Source: an uncultured Nitrospinota bacterium (GTDB lineage: Bacteria > Tectomicrobia > Entotheonellia > J063 > CAVPRW01). Taken from it: DNA of 64,000 bases. The notes under the pieces are model-generated. The model did not search any database and was not told where the DNA came from. It saw only the letters and a program-made list of their open reading frames with translations. The stretch covers positions 1-64,000 of the forward strand of contig CAVPRW010000024.1 of NCBI GenBank assembly GCA_963707985.1, given 5' to 3'. The translations under genes were made by a program, and so were the position numbers. This document shows, piece after piece, positions 52,151 through 62,671 of this stretch (positions within the stretch are counted from its first letter, which is position 1; every line of letters starts with the position of its first letter).

Positions 52151-52563
52151 GGTTGCGCCCTCCGATCAGGCCTCACCGCGATCGCCAGACGGGAGACTCC
52201 GGCCAGTCTCACTTCATCCATCACTGAGACAATGGCCCCGTGCAACGCGTGATCGTCAGCGTTGATGATCACCACCAACTCCGGTTCCTTCTCCACACTG
52301 GCCTTCACCTGCTGGCCGAGCTGCTCCAGCGTGGTCGGCTCCTTGTTGAGGAAAAGGGTTCCATCCTGCATCACAGTGACATTGAAGCTCTCCCGCAAAT
52401 CCTTCTGGGATGAGGCCGCCTTGGGAAGGTTGACCGGGAGCCCGCGGTTGATCGTCATGGCTAAGGTCGAAACCATAAAGAACACCAGCAGAAAGAAGAT
52501 GATGTCGATCATCGGGATGATCTCGATCCGCGCCTTCTCCATCTGCTGCCTGGGTACTCGCAT
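52147..52563 (-). CDS. exbD: Biopolymer transporter ExbD
   Basis: IIPMIDIIFFLLVFFMVS, VNLPKA, IINAD. Confidence 0.92.
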   Translation of the reverse strand: MRVPRQQMEKARIEIIPMIDIIFFLLVFFMVSTLAMTINRGLPVNLPKAASSQKDLRESFNVTVMQDGTLFLNKEPTTLEQLGQQVKASVEKEPELVVIINADDHALHGAIVSVMDEVRLAGVSRLAIAVRPDRRAQP

Positions 52564-52565
52564 GG

Positions 52566-53201
52566 TTAGTCCTCCCGCTTGCCCAGGAGCAGCTCCAGGC
52601 GCGTTGACTGCTCCTCCAGCACATCGGTCAGCCGTTCCACCTTGGACCGAAAATAGTTGTAAGGAATCAGGGTCATGATGGCGATCAGTAGACCGGTGGC
52701 GGTGGCGATAAGGGCCTCAGCAATGCCACCGGTGATGGCATGGGGCTGTCCCAGCCCAGCTTCGGAGACGATGCCGAAAGCGCTGATCATGCCCGTGATC
52801 GTGCCTAACAATCCGAGTAGGGGGGCTAACGTGATGACAGTGTCCAGGACGGGCAGATAACGACGGGCCTGGCTCACCTCTACCTGCGCGGCTGCTTGCA
52901 TGGCACTGCTGGGGGAGAGATGCTTGGCAGCGATGCCGGCTCCTAACACATGTGCGACTGGATGTCGGGACGTGCTGGCCACTTGCATGGCCTGTGGCAG
53001 ATCACCCTCGGCGACCAATGCCAGAATACCCGGCTCCTTGCTCCGGACGCGCAGCCGACGCCAGAAAAACAGGCGCTCGAGGATAACTGTCATGGCGATG
53101 ACAGAGGCTGTGAGGAGAGGGATCATCACAAGTCCCCCTCGAATCACAATCGATACGAGTGTCGTGGAGGCTTGAGTTAGCATTGGTAATAGGTCCGACA
53201 C
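52566..53201 (-). CDS. exbB: Biopolymer transporter ExbB
   Basis: APLLGLLGTITGMI, GIAEALIATATGL. Confidence 0.92.
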   Translation of the reverse strand: MSDLLPMLTQASTTLVSIVIRGGLVMIPLLTASVIAMTVILERLFFWRRLRVRSKEPGILALVAEGDLPQAMQVASTSRHPVAHVLGAGIAAKHLSPSSAMQAAAQVEVSQARRYLPVLDTVITLAPLLGLLGTITGMISAFGIVSEAGLGQPHAITGGIAEALIATATGLLIAIMTLIPYNYFRSKVERLTDVLEEQSTRLELLLGKRED

Positions 53202-53382
53202 ATCGCTCTCCTTTCTGCGGCAACTGCTGTATCAACAGTCATCGCTATATTATGCATGTCATGTACGTTAGGAGGGCCCCGGCATATGGCCCCTTGGTTT
53301 CCCGACCTACGCCTATCATCCACACGGATGCGTTTCACGTCACCGTTGCTTTTGCCCTGGTCTGTTGCGCCCCTCGTGGCTC

Positions 53383-55323
53383 TCAACGCGTATCGTGGGC
53401 ACGATACCGGGCATAGGCGAACAGACTGGCAATCACCACAACGACCAGTATCTGCAGCACGAGCCCTTGGAGATTGGGATAGAGCCCAAGCGCAGGAATG
53501 CTGGGGAGATTTATTGGGTTAACGGGCAACTTCCCGGCCTCCTGGAGTGCAGCAATACCTTGGCCAACGAACACCACGGCCAACAAAGCCAGGAGGAGTG
53601 AGGTTGCGCCGAAAAAGAGGCCAAGTGGCAGGCGGAGGCTGCCTCGGAAGATCAGCCATCCGAGAAGGGCGAGAGCCACGGCAGCGCTGATCAATCCTCC
53701 AAGCACCGGAGTATAGTCTGGTGCCACTTGCACCCATAAGGCTTGATAGAAAAGCACGATTTCGAATGCCTCACGATAGACGGCCAGAAACGATACCAGC
53801 GCTAATGCCCACATCGTGCGTGCCGACAAGGCTTCCTGCAGTTGAGCGTGGAGAAAAGTGCGCCAGCGATCGGCATAGGCCTTCTCATGCATCCAGAAGC
53901 CAACGTAGAGCAGGATCGCCGCCGCCACCAAGGCTGTCACACCCTCCGTTACTTCGCGCGTCGAGCCACTCATGGCAACGACATATGAAGCGACCAGCCA
54001 GGTGATCCCCCCCAGAACCAACGCCGCGATCCACCCCGCGTGTACATAAGGCAAGGCATCCCGCCGTTCACCTTTGATGAGCAGGGCGAAGATCGCCGCT
54101 AGGACGAGAATAGCCTCCAAGCCTTCACGGAGGAGGATCACGAAGGCGCTGAGGAAGGTGGCACTGGGCGGAAGTCGAGTTACCGCGAGTTTCTGTTGAG
54201 CCTCGGATAAAAGTGCCTGAATACGCTCTGCCGCCGTTCCGACCGTTGCAACAGCATCTTGCTGCTTGAGCAAAGATCGATACCCCAGCATCTCCGCCTC
54301 GATGGTCATGCGGAGACGTTTGTCGACGGTGTCAAGCGCCGCTTCGATCAGTTCGAATCCGTCGAGATAGGCCGCGACTGCCATATCCTGTGCAGCCTGC
54401 AGCTGCCCTTGGCGGTAGGCCGTGAGGCTCTCACGTATAAGGCGTGCACTATGCATCAGTGGCGGTTCCTGCGATGACACGACCGCTTCGGGAGACTGGC
54501 GCAGGTGGGAAAGTATGAGCACGGCATCATCGCCATGCGTGGTTCGCACGTCATCGGCAGTTTGCGTCACTAGGCTGGCGAGATCAGGGAACCAGCTCCG
54601 GCCCATACCAGACCGCCACAACTCGGCACCACGCTGCACATCAGGTTCCGAGCTATCGAGGTTACCGACATAGAAGGCCAGCGACCAGCGCTCGCCTTCG
54701 CTGAGCCCTTGGAACCCTGACATCCCAGTGCCTTGTACCCCCAGGGTGATCGTGCTGTACAGGCCGTAGAGGCTACGTTGATCCATGCGATGGCGATCAT
54801 GGAAATCGCTCGGCGACGGCTCCAGCGAGGCGGCTGCCGGGCCATCACCGTGCCCTTCCGGACCATGGCAGGCAGAGCACTGGGCTTGATACAAGGTTGC
54901 GGCGAGGCGCCAATCGGGTGGATGCTTGGGTGCCACCTCGACATTATAGGCGCCAATGATCGCCCAACGCAGCCGCTGGGCGAGAGGGGTTACCTCGGAC
55001 CCAGGTCGTCGGCCTTGAATAGCGTTGTTCAACTCGTCTGCCAGGCGCAGTAGGTTCACCTTGTCGGGATGCGCGGCAAGCTGGGATAGCAACGTCTGCA
55101 CTTGCTGGGCGAACTCGACCTGTTCGTCATATTCCGACTGATCGACCACGGCACCGTCCTGGACGGTCTCTGGGTAATCTACGGCGAGGTAGTCAAGCAG
55201 ATGAACGATCATATGCGCGGGCTCCGGAGGGGTCTGAGCCATTACCAGGTTCATGCTCCAGAGTAGAGCAGCCAATGCTAACAGGCTTGATAGGCCAAGC
55301 TTCGATTCGAGCAATCTGATCAT
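53383..55323 (-). CDS. Cytochrome c-FTR1 iron permease fusion
   Basis: CSACH heme motif, REGLE and REAFE FTR1 motifs. Confidence 0.93.
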   Translation of the reverse strand: MIRLLESKLGLSSLLALAALLWSMNLVMAQTPPEPAHMIVHLLDYLAVDYPETVQDGAVVDQSEYDEQVEFAQQVQTLLSQLAAHPDKVNLLRLADELNNAIQGRRPGSEVTPLAQRLRWAIIGAYNVEVAPKHPPDWRLAATLYQAQCSACHGPEGHGDGPAAASLEPSPSDFHDRHRMDQRSLYGLYSTITLGVQGTGMSGFQGLSEGERWSLAFYVGNLDSSEPDVQRGAELWRSGMGRSWFPDLASLVTQTADDVRTTHGDDAVLILSHLRQSPEAVVSSQEPPLMHSARLIRESLTAYRQGQLQAAQDMAVAAYLDGFELIEAALDTVDKRLRMTIEAEMLGYRSLLKQQDAVATVGTAAERIQALLSEAQQKLAVTRLPPSATFLSAFVILLREGLEAILVLAAIFALLIKGERRDALPYVHAGWIAALVLGGITWLVASYVVAMSGSTREVTEGVTALVAAAILLYVGFWMHEKAYADRWRTFLHAQLQEALSARTMWALALVSFLAVYREAFEIVLFYQALWVQVAPDYTPVLGGLISAAVALALLGWLIFRGSLRLPLGLFFGATSLLLALLAVVFVGQGIAALQEAGKLPVNPINLPSIPALGLYPNLQGLVLQILVVVVIASLFAYARYRAHDTR

Positions 55324-55403
55324 GAGCCTCGCACCTCAAAAGGTATATCCCTTGGTGTCGACCATCTGGGGCAATCGCTGCGCGGAGATAGCGTCTCCAG
55401 CGT

Positions 55404-55619
55404 TCATCGTGGTTTCGCCGAGGTTGACGCACCTTTCTCCCACACCGTGTCGACCTTGCCGTCTCCGTTGCTATCACGCTCCACCTTGTAGGGTTCCTTG
55501 CTGCCAGGAGTGAAGTATTCCCATTGATCTGGATGGCCTTTGGCCTGTTGGTCATATTCGGCGCGGATCACTTGGCCATCGGCCCGTCTCCTCTTGTGAA
55601 ACGCAGTGAAATGCGACAT
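55404..55619 (-). CDS. Small DxNGDG-repeat protein or remnant
   Basis: YDQQAKGHPDQWEYF and ERDSNGDGKVDTVWE repeats; co-oriented in the operon. Confidence 0.45.
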   Translation of the reverse strand: MSHFTAFHKRRRADGQVIRAEYDQQAKGHPDQWEYFTPGSKEPYKVERDSNGDGKVDTVWEKGASTSAKPR

Positions 55620-55631
55620 CGTGCTGTGGTA

Positions 55632-56072
55632 TTACTCAAAATCCTGCGGTTTAACTGTTTCAAGCCAAGGCTGGATACTCCTCCAGGAGCCCATCTTGAG
55701 CGCTCTCGAGGTTGCATAGAGGGGAACGTGTGTGCGTGCAGCCATAGCGATCGCGTCTGCTGGATGGCAGGCTTGCTGGATTTCCATGCCATTCGAGCAG
55801 GAGATGATCAACAACCCTAGGGGAGTATTGTCCGCTGACGCGTCGATCAGGGTGATGCGTAAGTTGCCACCAAATTTGGTGAGAAGCTCTTGGATCAGTC
55901 GATACATCGACACGGCTGGGCATTGGCACTCCTTAAGCTCATGCGCCAGCCAGTGCGCCATCATTGGACGCATGCGGATGCTTAACTGCACCATGCCATC
56001 CGGATCTTCCAGGACCACCTGTCCATGCTGGGACCCGGTTGAAAACCCTTTCACCTGCATCCGTTGCACCAC
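55632..56072 (-). CDS. DUF151 / bifunctional nuclease family protein, divergent
   Basis: VVLED...LSI, Y.LI..LL, HPADAIAMAARTHVPLY; AGGAGG RBS with GTG start. Confidence 0.75.
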   Translation of the reverse strand: MVQRMQVKGFSTGSQHGQVVLEDPDGMVQLSIRMRPMMAHWLAHELKECQCPAVSMYRLIQELLTKFGGNLRITLIDASADNTPLGLLIISCSNGMEIQQACHPADAIAMAARTHVPLYATSRALKMGSWRSIQPWLETVKPQDFE

Positions 56073-56314
56073 GGTCCTCCTTTCTGGAAGGGCACGGGGT
56101 CTGGCTGAGAGCGGGCCAGCCGGCTCCGACGAACCCCATCATTACTCATGGTCGTCTGCGCTGTACACGCTGCGCTTTGTTGGCACAACGTGCATGCCAC
56201 TATAATTTCCCGCATTGGACCTCCCCGCAAGCGGTGGAGGCACTTATGGATGAGTCTTTGTCCCTGGCTGGCTGCCGTAAGGTTGGGGGTCGGTGGCTGG
56301 CTGGGTGGAGGTGG

Positions 56315-56494
56315 TCACTTCGTCAGAATGAGCTTTCCCGTCTTCGTGATGTGCAGGACGTACTCCTCTCCCTCATGGACGATGATCACCTCGCGGGCCC
56401 CCTGCATCAGATCAGCAGTGCTGATCCGTCGCCGTCGGGACCACGGGGGATGAGATTCCGCCGAACTAGGTTGGGGTGGTATCTCGGTCGGCAT
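56315..56494 (-). CDS. hemP: Hemin uptake protein HemP/HmuP
   Basis: EVIIVHEGEEYVLHITKTGKLILTK. Confidence 0.9.
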   Translation of the reverse strand: MPTEIPPQPSSAESHPPWSRRRRISTADLMQGAREVIIVHEGEEYVLHITKTGKLILTK

Positions 56495-57563
56495 GATCGC
56501 TATTGACTCCCTCTTGCCCTGACTCACCCACCGAAAACACAACACTATGACAAGGCTTTGCCCAAACTGTTACCTGTTCCCCCGTCTGGATTGCAAGAGT
56601 CGATGGTTGGTAGCTGTCGAGGGTCACACCAGATGGCAACCGTATGACAACGACCGCATCGACACCGCGAAAGCGGCGCGAGATCACCACGCCATTGCCT
56701 GTCGCGTCGGGTCGCAGTTGCAGTTGATGTGGCCGAATCATCACCTCCACGCTCGACCCTTCGGTGAGACCGAGGGGCTTGGGAAATGTTCCGATATCAG
56801 TCTCGATACCCGCCTTAACGATCAGGCCTGGTAGGAAGTTTGCCTGCCCCACGAAACCAGCTACGAAGCGTGTCCCTGGGCGGTAGTAGATCTCCTCGGG
56901 ACAGCTGAGCTGTTCTAGGTGACCGCCGTTCAGCACTCCCACTCGATCGGCGACTAGGAAGGCTTCCTCATGGTCGTGGGTGACAAACACGGCGGTCGTT
57001 TCCAGGTGACGGAGAATGACCTGGACCTCGTTCAGCAGGTGGGTACGCAGGCCGGCATCCAGATGACTGAACGGTTCGTCGAGCAGGAGCACTGCTGGAC
57101 GTGGTGCGAGGGCCCTGGCAAGTGCCACACGCTGCTGTTGTCCTCCAGAGAGCTCGTGAGGATAGCGCCTGGCCAATGGGCTTAATCCCACCAGATCCAA
57201 CATCTCTCGTAGGCGCTGTAGCCGTTCCTTGGCACTGAGATGGCGTAGACCGAATATGACGTTTTCGTCGACCGTCAGATGTGGAAAGAGCGTGTTCTCT
57301 TGAAAGATCACCCCCACGCCACGTTGTTCAGGCGGCACACAGAAATGCTCATTGGCCATGATCTTGCCGCCGATTTCGACCACCCCAGCATCCGGCCGCT
57401 CGAAACCGGCAATCAGACGCAGGGTCGTCGTCTTGCCACAACCGCTCGGCCCCAGCAACGCCAGAATCTCCCCCTTTTCCAGCTCCAAACTCAGGTGATC
57501 AACCGCCGGCAGCGCTTGGGCCGGGTAAGACTTTGTGACGTCATCAAGAGAGAGGAGACTCAT
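56466..57563 (-). CDS. fbpC: Fe(III) ABC transporter ATPase
   Basis: GPSGCGKT, LSGGQQQRVALARALA, TOBE-like C-terminus; downstream of fbpB. Confidence 0.9.
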   Translation of the reverse strand: MSLLSLDDVTKSYPAQALPAVDHLSLELEKGEILALLGPSGCGKTTTLRLIAGFERPDAGVVEIGGKIMANEHFCVPPEQRGVGVIFQENTLFPHLTVDENVIFGLRHLSAKERLQRLREMLDLVGLSPLARRYPHELSGGQQQRVALARALAPRPAVLLLDEPFSHLDAGLRTHLLNEVQVILRHLETTAVFVTHDHEEAFLVADRVGVLNGGHLEQLSCPEEIYYRPGTRFVAGFVGQANFLPGLIVKAGIETDIGTFPKPLGLTEGSSVEVMIRPHQLQLRPDATGNGVVISRRFRGVDAVVVIRLPSGVTLDSYQPSTLAIQTGEQVTVWAKPCHSVVFSVGESGQEGVNSDHADRDTTPT

Positions 57564-59262
57564 CGTACCCTTCTGGCATTACTCGGCTTCTCATGACTGC
57601 CGGTGGGAACCGTCGGATAAGCAAGAGCACAGGGAGAACACCACCGGCGACGATCGTTAACGCTGGCAAAGCCGCTGCTTCCCAAAACGACTCCGAGGTG
57701 AGCTGCCAGATCCGTACCGCTAACGTGTCGTATCCAAACGGGCGCAATAAGAGTGTGGCCGGCATCTCCTTCATGACGTCAACGAAAACCAGGATGGCTG
57801 CACACCCAAGACTCCCGCGGAGCAGCGGCACGTGAATTCGTCGGAGCACACCACCAGGACTGGACCCTAGTGAGCGCGCCGCCATGTCCATGCTCGGCGT
57901 GATTTTCGCAAGGCCAGCCTCCAACGTCTGGATACTGACGGCTAGGAACCGCACCAAGTAGGCGAACACAAGCCCTGCCATCGAGCCTGTGAGCAGCAAA
58001 CCACTGGAGATGCCGAAGGCCCATCGTAGGAAGTCGTCGAGACGATGATCGACGAAGGCCAGCGGGAGGAGCACACCAACCGCGATCACCGATCCGGGAA
58101 GTGCATATCCCATACTAGCAAAACGGGTGCAACAGGCAACGACAGGGCTCCGGCTGAGGCGGAGTCCATAGGCCAGGACCACAGCGGCGACGACAGCGAT
58201 GGCCGCTGTGACGGTGGCAAGCACCAGCGTGTTGACCAAGAACATCGGGTACCGTGTATCAAACGACGGTCCACCCAGGGTGGAGAGAGTCCAATAGAGC
58301 AACTGGGCGACGGGAAGCAGAAACGCAGTTGTGACAACCCCCCCACACATACTGGCGGCTGTCCAGGCACGCCAACCTACGAGTGGGCGGGGTGGGATGG
58401 GGCGAACGCCTCCCTCTGTCTGGGAGAAGCGCCCTCGGCGCCGCATAAAGCGCTCAAGAAACAGCAGCCCAAAAGTAAAGCACAGCAAAACGCTTGCTAA
58501 CTCAGTAGCTGCTTCGCGGTTGAAGAGACCGAACCACACGCGGTAGATGGCGACCGTGAAGGTTGAATAGCCGTAGATCCCCACTGTGCCGAAATCGGCC
58601 AGTGCCTCCATTAACGCCAAGGCCATGCCGGCGGCTATGGACGGACGGGCTAGCGGTAACATGACTTTCCAGAACACCCCTAACGCGCCGAATCCCAGCG
58701 AGCGAGCGGCTTCTACAGTACCCGCTGACTGTTCAAAAAACGCTGTTTTGGTGAGGAGATAGACATAGGGGTAGAGCACCAACGTCATTACCACGACGAC
58801 CCCACCAGGGGAGGCGATGTCAGGAAACCAGGTTTTTGCTCCAAACATCCATCGCCATGTGCTCTGCACCGGTCCGGGGTAATCGAAAATGGCCAGAAAC
58901 ACGAAACCCATGACATAAGACGGCATTGCCATGGGGAGAATGAGCAGCCACTCAAAGAGCCATCGACCCGGAAAACGATACATGGTGACGAGCCAAGCGA
59001 GACCAACGCCGAGGATGAGCACTCCCGTCCCCACTCCAGCAATCAGCACCAGCGTATTCCAGACCAACTCTAGCAAATACGTGCGCCACAGATGGAGCCA
59101 GATCTCCCGGCTGGGAGTGGCCAGTGAAGACACCACGACCAGAATCGGCGTTGCCACCAAGAGTGCAATTGCCCCTGCGCCGAGTGGCCACAGGCACTCC
59201 TTCGGCCATAACCTCAGGCGTAGCGAGCGATCAGGAGTAGTTGATGCCAGACTCGTATGCAT
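57544..59262 (-). CDS. fbpB: Fe(III) ABC transporter permease
   Basis: LYPYVY, EAARSLG, KEMPATLLLRPF. Confidence 0.92.
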   Translation of the reverse strand: MHTSLASTTPDRSLRLRLWPKECLWPLGAGAIALLVATPILVVVSSLATPSREIWLHLWRTYLLELVWNTLVLIAGVGTGVLILGVGLAWLVTMYRFPGRWLFEWLLILPMAMPSYVMGFVFLAIFDYPGPVQSTWRWMFGAKTWFPDIASPGGVVVVMTLVLYPYVYLLTKTAFFEQSAGTVEAARSLGFGALGVFWKVMLPLARPSIAAGMALALMEALADFGTVGIYGYSTFTVAIYRVWFGLFNREAATELASVLLCFTFGLLFLERFMRRRGRFSQTEGGVRPIPPRPLVGWRAWTAASMCGGVVTTAFLLPVAQLLYWTLSTLGGPSFDTRYPMFLVNTLVLATVTAAIAVVAAVVLAYGLRLSRSPVVACCTRFASMGYALPGSVIAVGVLLPLAFVDHRLDDFLRWAFGISSGLLLTGSMAGLVFAYLVRFLAVSIQTLEAGLAKITPSMDMAARSLGSSPGGVLRRIHVPLLRGSLGCAAILVFVDVMKEMPATLLLRPFGYDTLAVRIWQLTSESFWEAAALPALTIVAGGVLPVLLLIRRFPPAVMRSRVMPEGYDESPLS

Positions 59263-59281
59263 ACGGGGGTCTATGGCGGCA

Positions 59282-60316
59282 CTATTTATATCCGACACGG
59301 TCCATGAGCTTAACAGCTGTAGTTTGCAACTCGCCGGCGGCCGCCACATCTACCGTGTCCGCCTTGAAATCGCCCCAGGCGACAATGATGCTACTCGCTT
59401 TCACCGTGGGATTGGCAGGGTACTCATAGTTGGCGTCAGCGACCAGGTTCTGCGCTTCGGGCGAGCTCAGGAACTCGATGAGCTTGATGGCATTGTCGCG
59501 ATGCTTCGCATGCTTCGTGACCCCAGCGCCGGAAATGTTAATGTGCACGCCACGATCACCCTGATTGGGCCAGAAGACGGCGACAGGAAATTTGGCATCC
59601 TTCGCCACTAATTGAGCCAGGTAATAGGTATTGGTGATGCCCACGTCACACTGGCCAGCGGCTATGGCTTCCAAAAGTTTGCTATCGCTCTCGAAAATGC
59701 GTGGCTGATTCGCCATCCAACCCCGCACGATACCTTCGGTGCGTTCTTCACCCAGCGTCTTGATCATGGTTGCGACCAGCGACTGGGTATAGACTTTCTT
59801 GGAGGTACGGAAGCAGAGTTTACCGTTCCATTTGGGATCGCCGAGCGCCTCGTAAGTCGAGAGGTCGCTGGGTTTGACACGCTCGGTACTATACATGATG
59901 GGGCGTGCACGTACCGACAACCCAACCCATTCATTATCCTTCGCCCGTAGATGGCTAGGGATGTTCTGGTCGATGATCTCGGAATTGATCCCCTGGAGGA
60001 GACCAACATTTTGGGCGATCCAGAGATTGCCCACATCCACCGTCATGAAGACATCCGCGGGTGTATTCACGCCTTCACTTTGCAGGCGCTCGAATAATTC
60101 CTTCTCACCGGCAGTGAAGGACTTCACCTGGATACCGGTTTTCTCCGTGAAGGCATCGAACATCGGCTTGCTTAACGCTTCGATACGGGCTGAGTAAACG
60201 ACAACCTCCCCGGCGGATCCGGCGGCCTGCAGAGACGTCCCGGACTGGCACAGCAAAAGCCCCACGAGCACAGCCAGCATGATACGCGGATAACGTCGAC
60301 ACGATTGCGGCCTCAT
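59282..60316 (-). CDS. fbpA: Fe(III) ABC transporter binding protein (FbpA/FutA)
   Basis: VYSAR, EG.NTPAD, NTYY, GVHINISG. Confidence 0.92.
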   Translation of the reverse strand: MRPQSCRRYPRIMLAVLVGLLLCQSGTSLQAAGSAGEVVVYSARIEALSKPMFDAFTEKTGIQVKSFTAGEKELFERLQSEGVNTPADVFMTVDVGNLWIAQNVGLLQGINSEIIDQNIPSHLRAKDNEWVGLSVRARPIMYSTERVKPSDLSTYEALGDPKWNGKLCFRTSKKVYTQSLVATMIKTLGEERTEGIVRGWMANQPRIFESDSKLLEAIAAGQCDVGITNTYYLAQLVAKDAKFPVAVFWPNQGDRGVHINISGAGVTKHAKHRDNAIKLIEFLSSPEAQNLVADANYEYPANPTVKASSIIVAWGDFKADTVDVAAAGELQTTAVKLMDRVGYK

Positions 60317-60439
60317 CACATCCCTCCTGATGCCTGTCCCGAACTCAACACATGCTTGGGATAGGAACGGCACAGCGAACAAGGCGGAAGACCGTCCCAA
60401 AGACGAAGGACAATCGAGATTCGTTGAAACCGTTCCCTA

Positions 60440-60468
60440 CACTACTGAATGATAAAAGTTCTGTCAAC
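60440..60468 (-). promoter_or_regulatory. Sigma70 promoter of the fbpABC operon with a loose Fur-box-like spacer
   Basis: TTGACA-gaacttttatcattcag-TAGTGT (N17). Confidence 0.65.
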
Positions 60469-60726
60469 CAAAAATTTCTAGTTTGGTAGACCGTGTGACG
60501 AGACGCTCCTGTGCTGGGTGCGTGGCTCGCAAGTGATCGAGATCACTACCCCATCGATCTATGCACCGCTCTAGTGCTCTGGGTTCTGCTTCCTGGGTTG
60601 TCTTCCTCTGGCTTACAGGCTATATTGCGGGGCTAGGGCCTTAATTGTCCTGGTCATCTGTGCTGGAACGGACGGGCTCTGTTGTGGGATAAGTTTTGGA
60701 TGGATGGCGATCATGGAGATCTAGGT

Positions 60727-61941
60727 ATGTCAACTTCTCACACCTTCGATTATGATACAGTGTACTCACGTAAAGTGCGCGTTGGCATCCCCCGGTCACC
60801 GCGCGTTGTTGTGCCGTACGACTTTGCCGTCGGTCATCCGGATGCCAGCACCTTTCCTAGCCAGGCGCTCGGCGAGGCAACGAGCCGCATGCTGTTACGC
60901 GAAGGACCAGAGCTGGCGCTCTATCCCGGGGATATGAGTCACGATGCGGCGCGCCAGCTCGTCAGTGACAAATTGAAGCTCCACGAGGGCATTGATATCC
61001 CTCCCAGCCGCGTGATGATCACGAATGGTTCCACCCAGGGCTTGCTGATGGTCGCTGAGGCCTTTCTCAATCCGGGCGACACGGTGATCATTGAGGAGTA
61101 TTGCTATCCGGGTACCTTGCGCGCCTTCAGCTATTGCGAGCCGCACTGGGGGACCGTGCCAACTGATCATGAGGGTATTATCGTCACAGAGTTGACGCAT
61201 GTCTTAGATCGGCTGGCGGACCAGGGAGTCACCCCGAAATTTATCTATACGATCGCGAATTTTCAAAATCCAACCGGCTCGGTGATGAGCCTGGCACGAC
61301 GACAAGCGCTGATGCAGGTAGCGGAGGAACGGCATCTTCTGGTGATCGAGGATGATGCCTACGGTGATCTGATCTACGAAGGGAAGCCGGTGACCTCACT
61401 GTATGCCTTGAGCCAGACACAGAACGTCGTCCGTCTGGGAACCTTTTCGAAGATCGTGGCCGCGGGAGTACGCTTGGGCTGGATTATCGCTCCTGAGCCA
61501 GTGTTGGCGAGGATGGCGGTATCGAAAATCGATGGCGGGACCAGTGCATTTACGAGTCGAGCGGTGGCGGAATACCTGCAGGATCACCTCGATAACCGTA
61601 TGGAAACACTGCTCGGCGTCTACCGTGCCAAACGTGATGCGATGCTCGAGGCTTTAGAAGAGCACCTCGATGGAGTAGCAGTATGGAGCCAGCCAAGAGG
61701 GGGGTTGTTCATCTGGGTGCGTCTACCTGAGGAGGTTGATACAACGAAACTCCTTGAAGCAGCCCTTAAGGCAGGTGTCACCTATCTGCCGGGAACGAAC
61801 TTCTCGACGGAGGGGAAAGGTACCAACTATCTGCGTCTGTCGTTTGCGTATCTGAGTCCAGAGAAGATTCGGGAGGGAATTGCTGTATTGGCCCGTGTGC
61901 TCAAAGCGGTCAAACCGCTCAAGGCACCCTTACCAGCCTAA
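60727..61941 (+). CDS. PLP-dependent aminotransferase class I/II
   Basis: NFQNPTG, IEDDAYG, GTFSKIVAAGVRLGW, RLSF. Confidence 0.93.
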   Translation: MSTSHTFDYDTVYSRKVRVGIPRSPRVVVPYDFAVGHPDASTFPSQALGEATSRMLLREGPELALYPGDMSHDAARQLVSDKLKLHEGIDIPPSRVMITNGSTQGLLMVAEAFLNPGDTVIIEEYCYPGTLRAFSYCEPHWGTVPTDHEGIIVTELTHVLDRLADQGVTPKFIYTIANFQNPTGSVMSLARRQALMQVAEERHLLVIEDDAYGDLIYEGKPVTSLYALSQTQNVVRLGTFSKIVAAGVRLGWIIAPEPVLARMAVSKIDGGTSAFTSRAVAEYLQDHLDNRMETLLGVYRAKRDAMLEALEEHLDGVAVWSQPRGGLFIWVRLPEEVDTTKLLEAALKAGVTYLPGTNFSTEGKGTNYLRLSFAYLSPEKIREGIAVLARVLKAVKPLKAPLPA

Positions 61942-61968
61942 GGGGAGCAGGGCTGGCCTGCACGGTGC

Positions 61969-62592
61969 TCAGGCAGGCCCGGTCAGCCGGCGGAGTTGTT
62001 CCAGTTCTGGCTTTACACGCCCTTCGTAACACTCTGGGCAGATGCTGTGGCTGAATTGGGCTTCTGAATGTTCGGAGATATAGCTTTCGACTTGTTGCCA
62101 ATAATTTCGGTCATCACGGATTTTTTTGCAGTATGAGCATATCGGCAGGAGGCCTTGGAGTTGCTTGACCCGTGCCAGGGCCTCTTCGAGGGCCTTAACG
62201 CGGTCCGCTAAGCTGTGTTGTAACTCCACGATGCGCAGGCCCACTTGCACACGTGCACGTAACTCCTCGCGATTAAAAGGTTTAGTGACATAGTCGTTGG
62301 CACCCGAACGTAGACCCGCGACGATATCTTCCCGGCGTCCTCTTGCCGTGAGTAAAATTAGGTAGGGTGGCGTAGACGTGGCGGCGCGTCGAACTCGACG
62401 GCATACCTCGACACCGTCCATACCAGGCATCATCCAGTCGAGAATCGCTAACGAAGGGGCGTTTGCACTGTGGAGAACCTCCCAGGCTGCGGTGCCATCG
62501 GAGGTGACCACCACTTCGTAGCCCCATCGAATAAGCGTAGTTTCGAGGAGACGGCGGGAGATCATATCGTCTTCAGCGATTAGGAGCTTCAC
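61969..62592 (-). CDS. Response regulator with C-terminal Cys-rich domain
   Basis: REC domain (IAEDD, LDWMMP, KPF) plus ICSYCKKIRD...SHSICPEC. Confidence 0.9.
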   Translation of the reverse strand: MKLLIAEDDMISRRLLETTLIRWGYEVVVTSDGTAAWEVLHSANAPSLAILDWMMPGMDGVEVCRRVRRAATSTPPYLILLTARGRREDIVAGLRSGANDYVTKPFNREELRARVQVGLRIVELQHSLADRVKALEEALARVKQLQGLLPICSYCKKIRDDRNYWQQVESYISEHSEAQFSHSICPECYEGRVKPELEQLRRLTGPA

Positions 62593-62671
62593 GGCTCAAC
62601 CTCTTTGGTCAGGGCGATCAACACGGGGACGAGCTATCCCATGCCTTCATCTAGAAGAGCATGGCCAGTAG

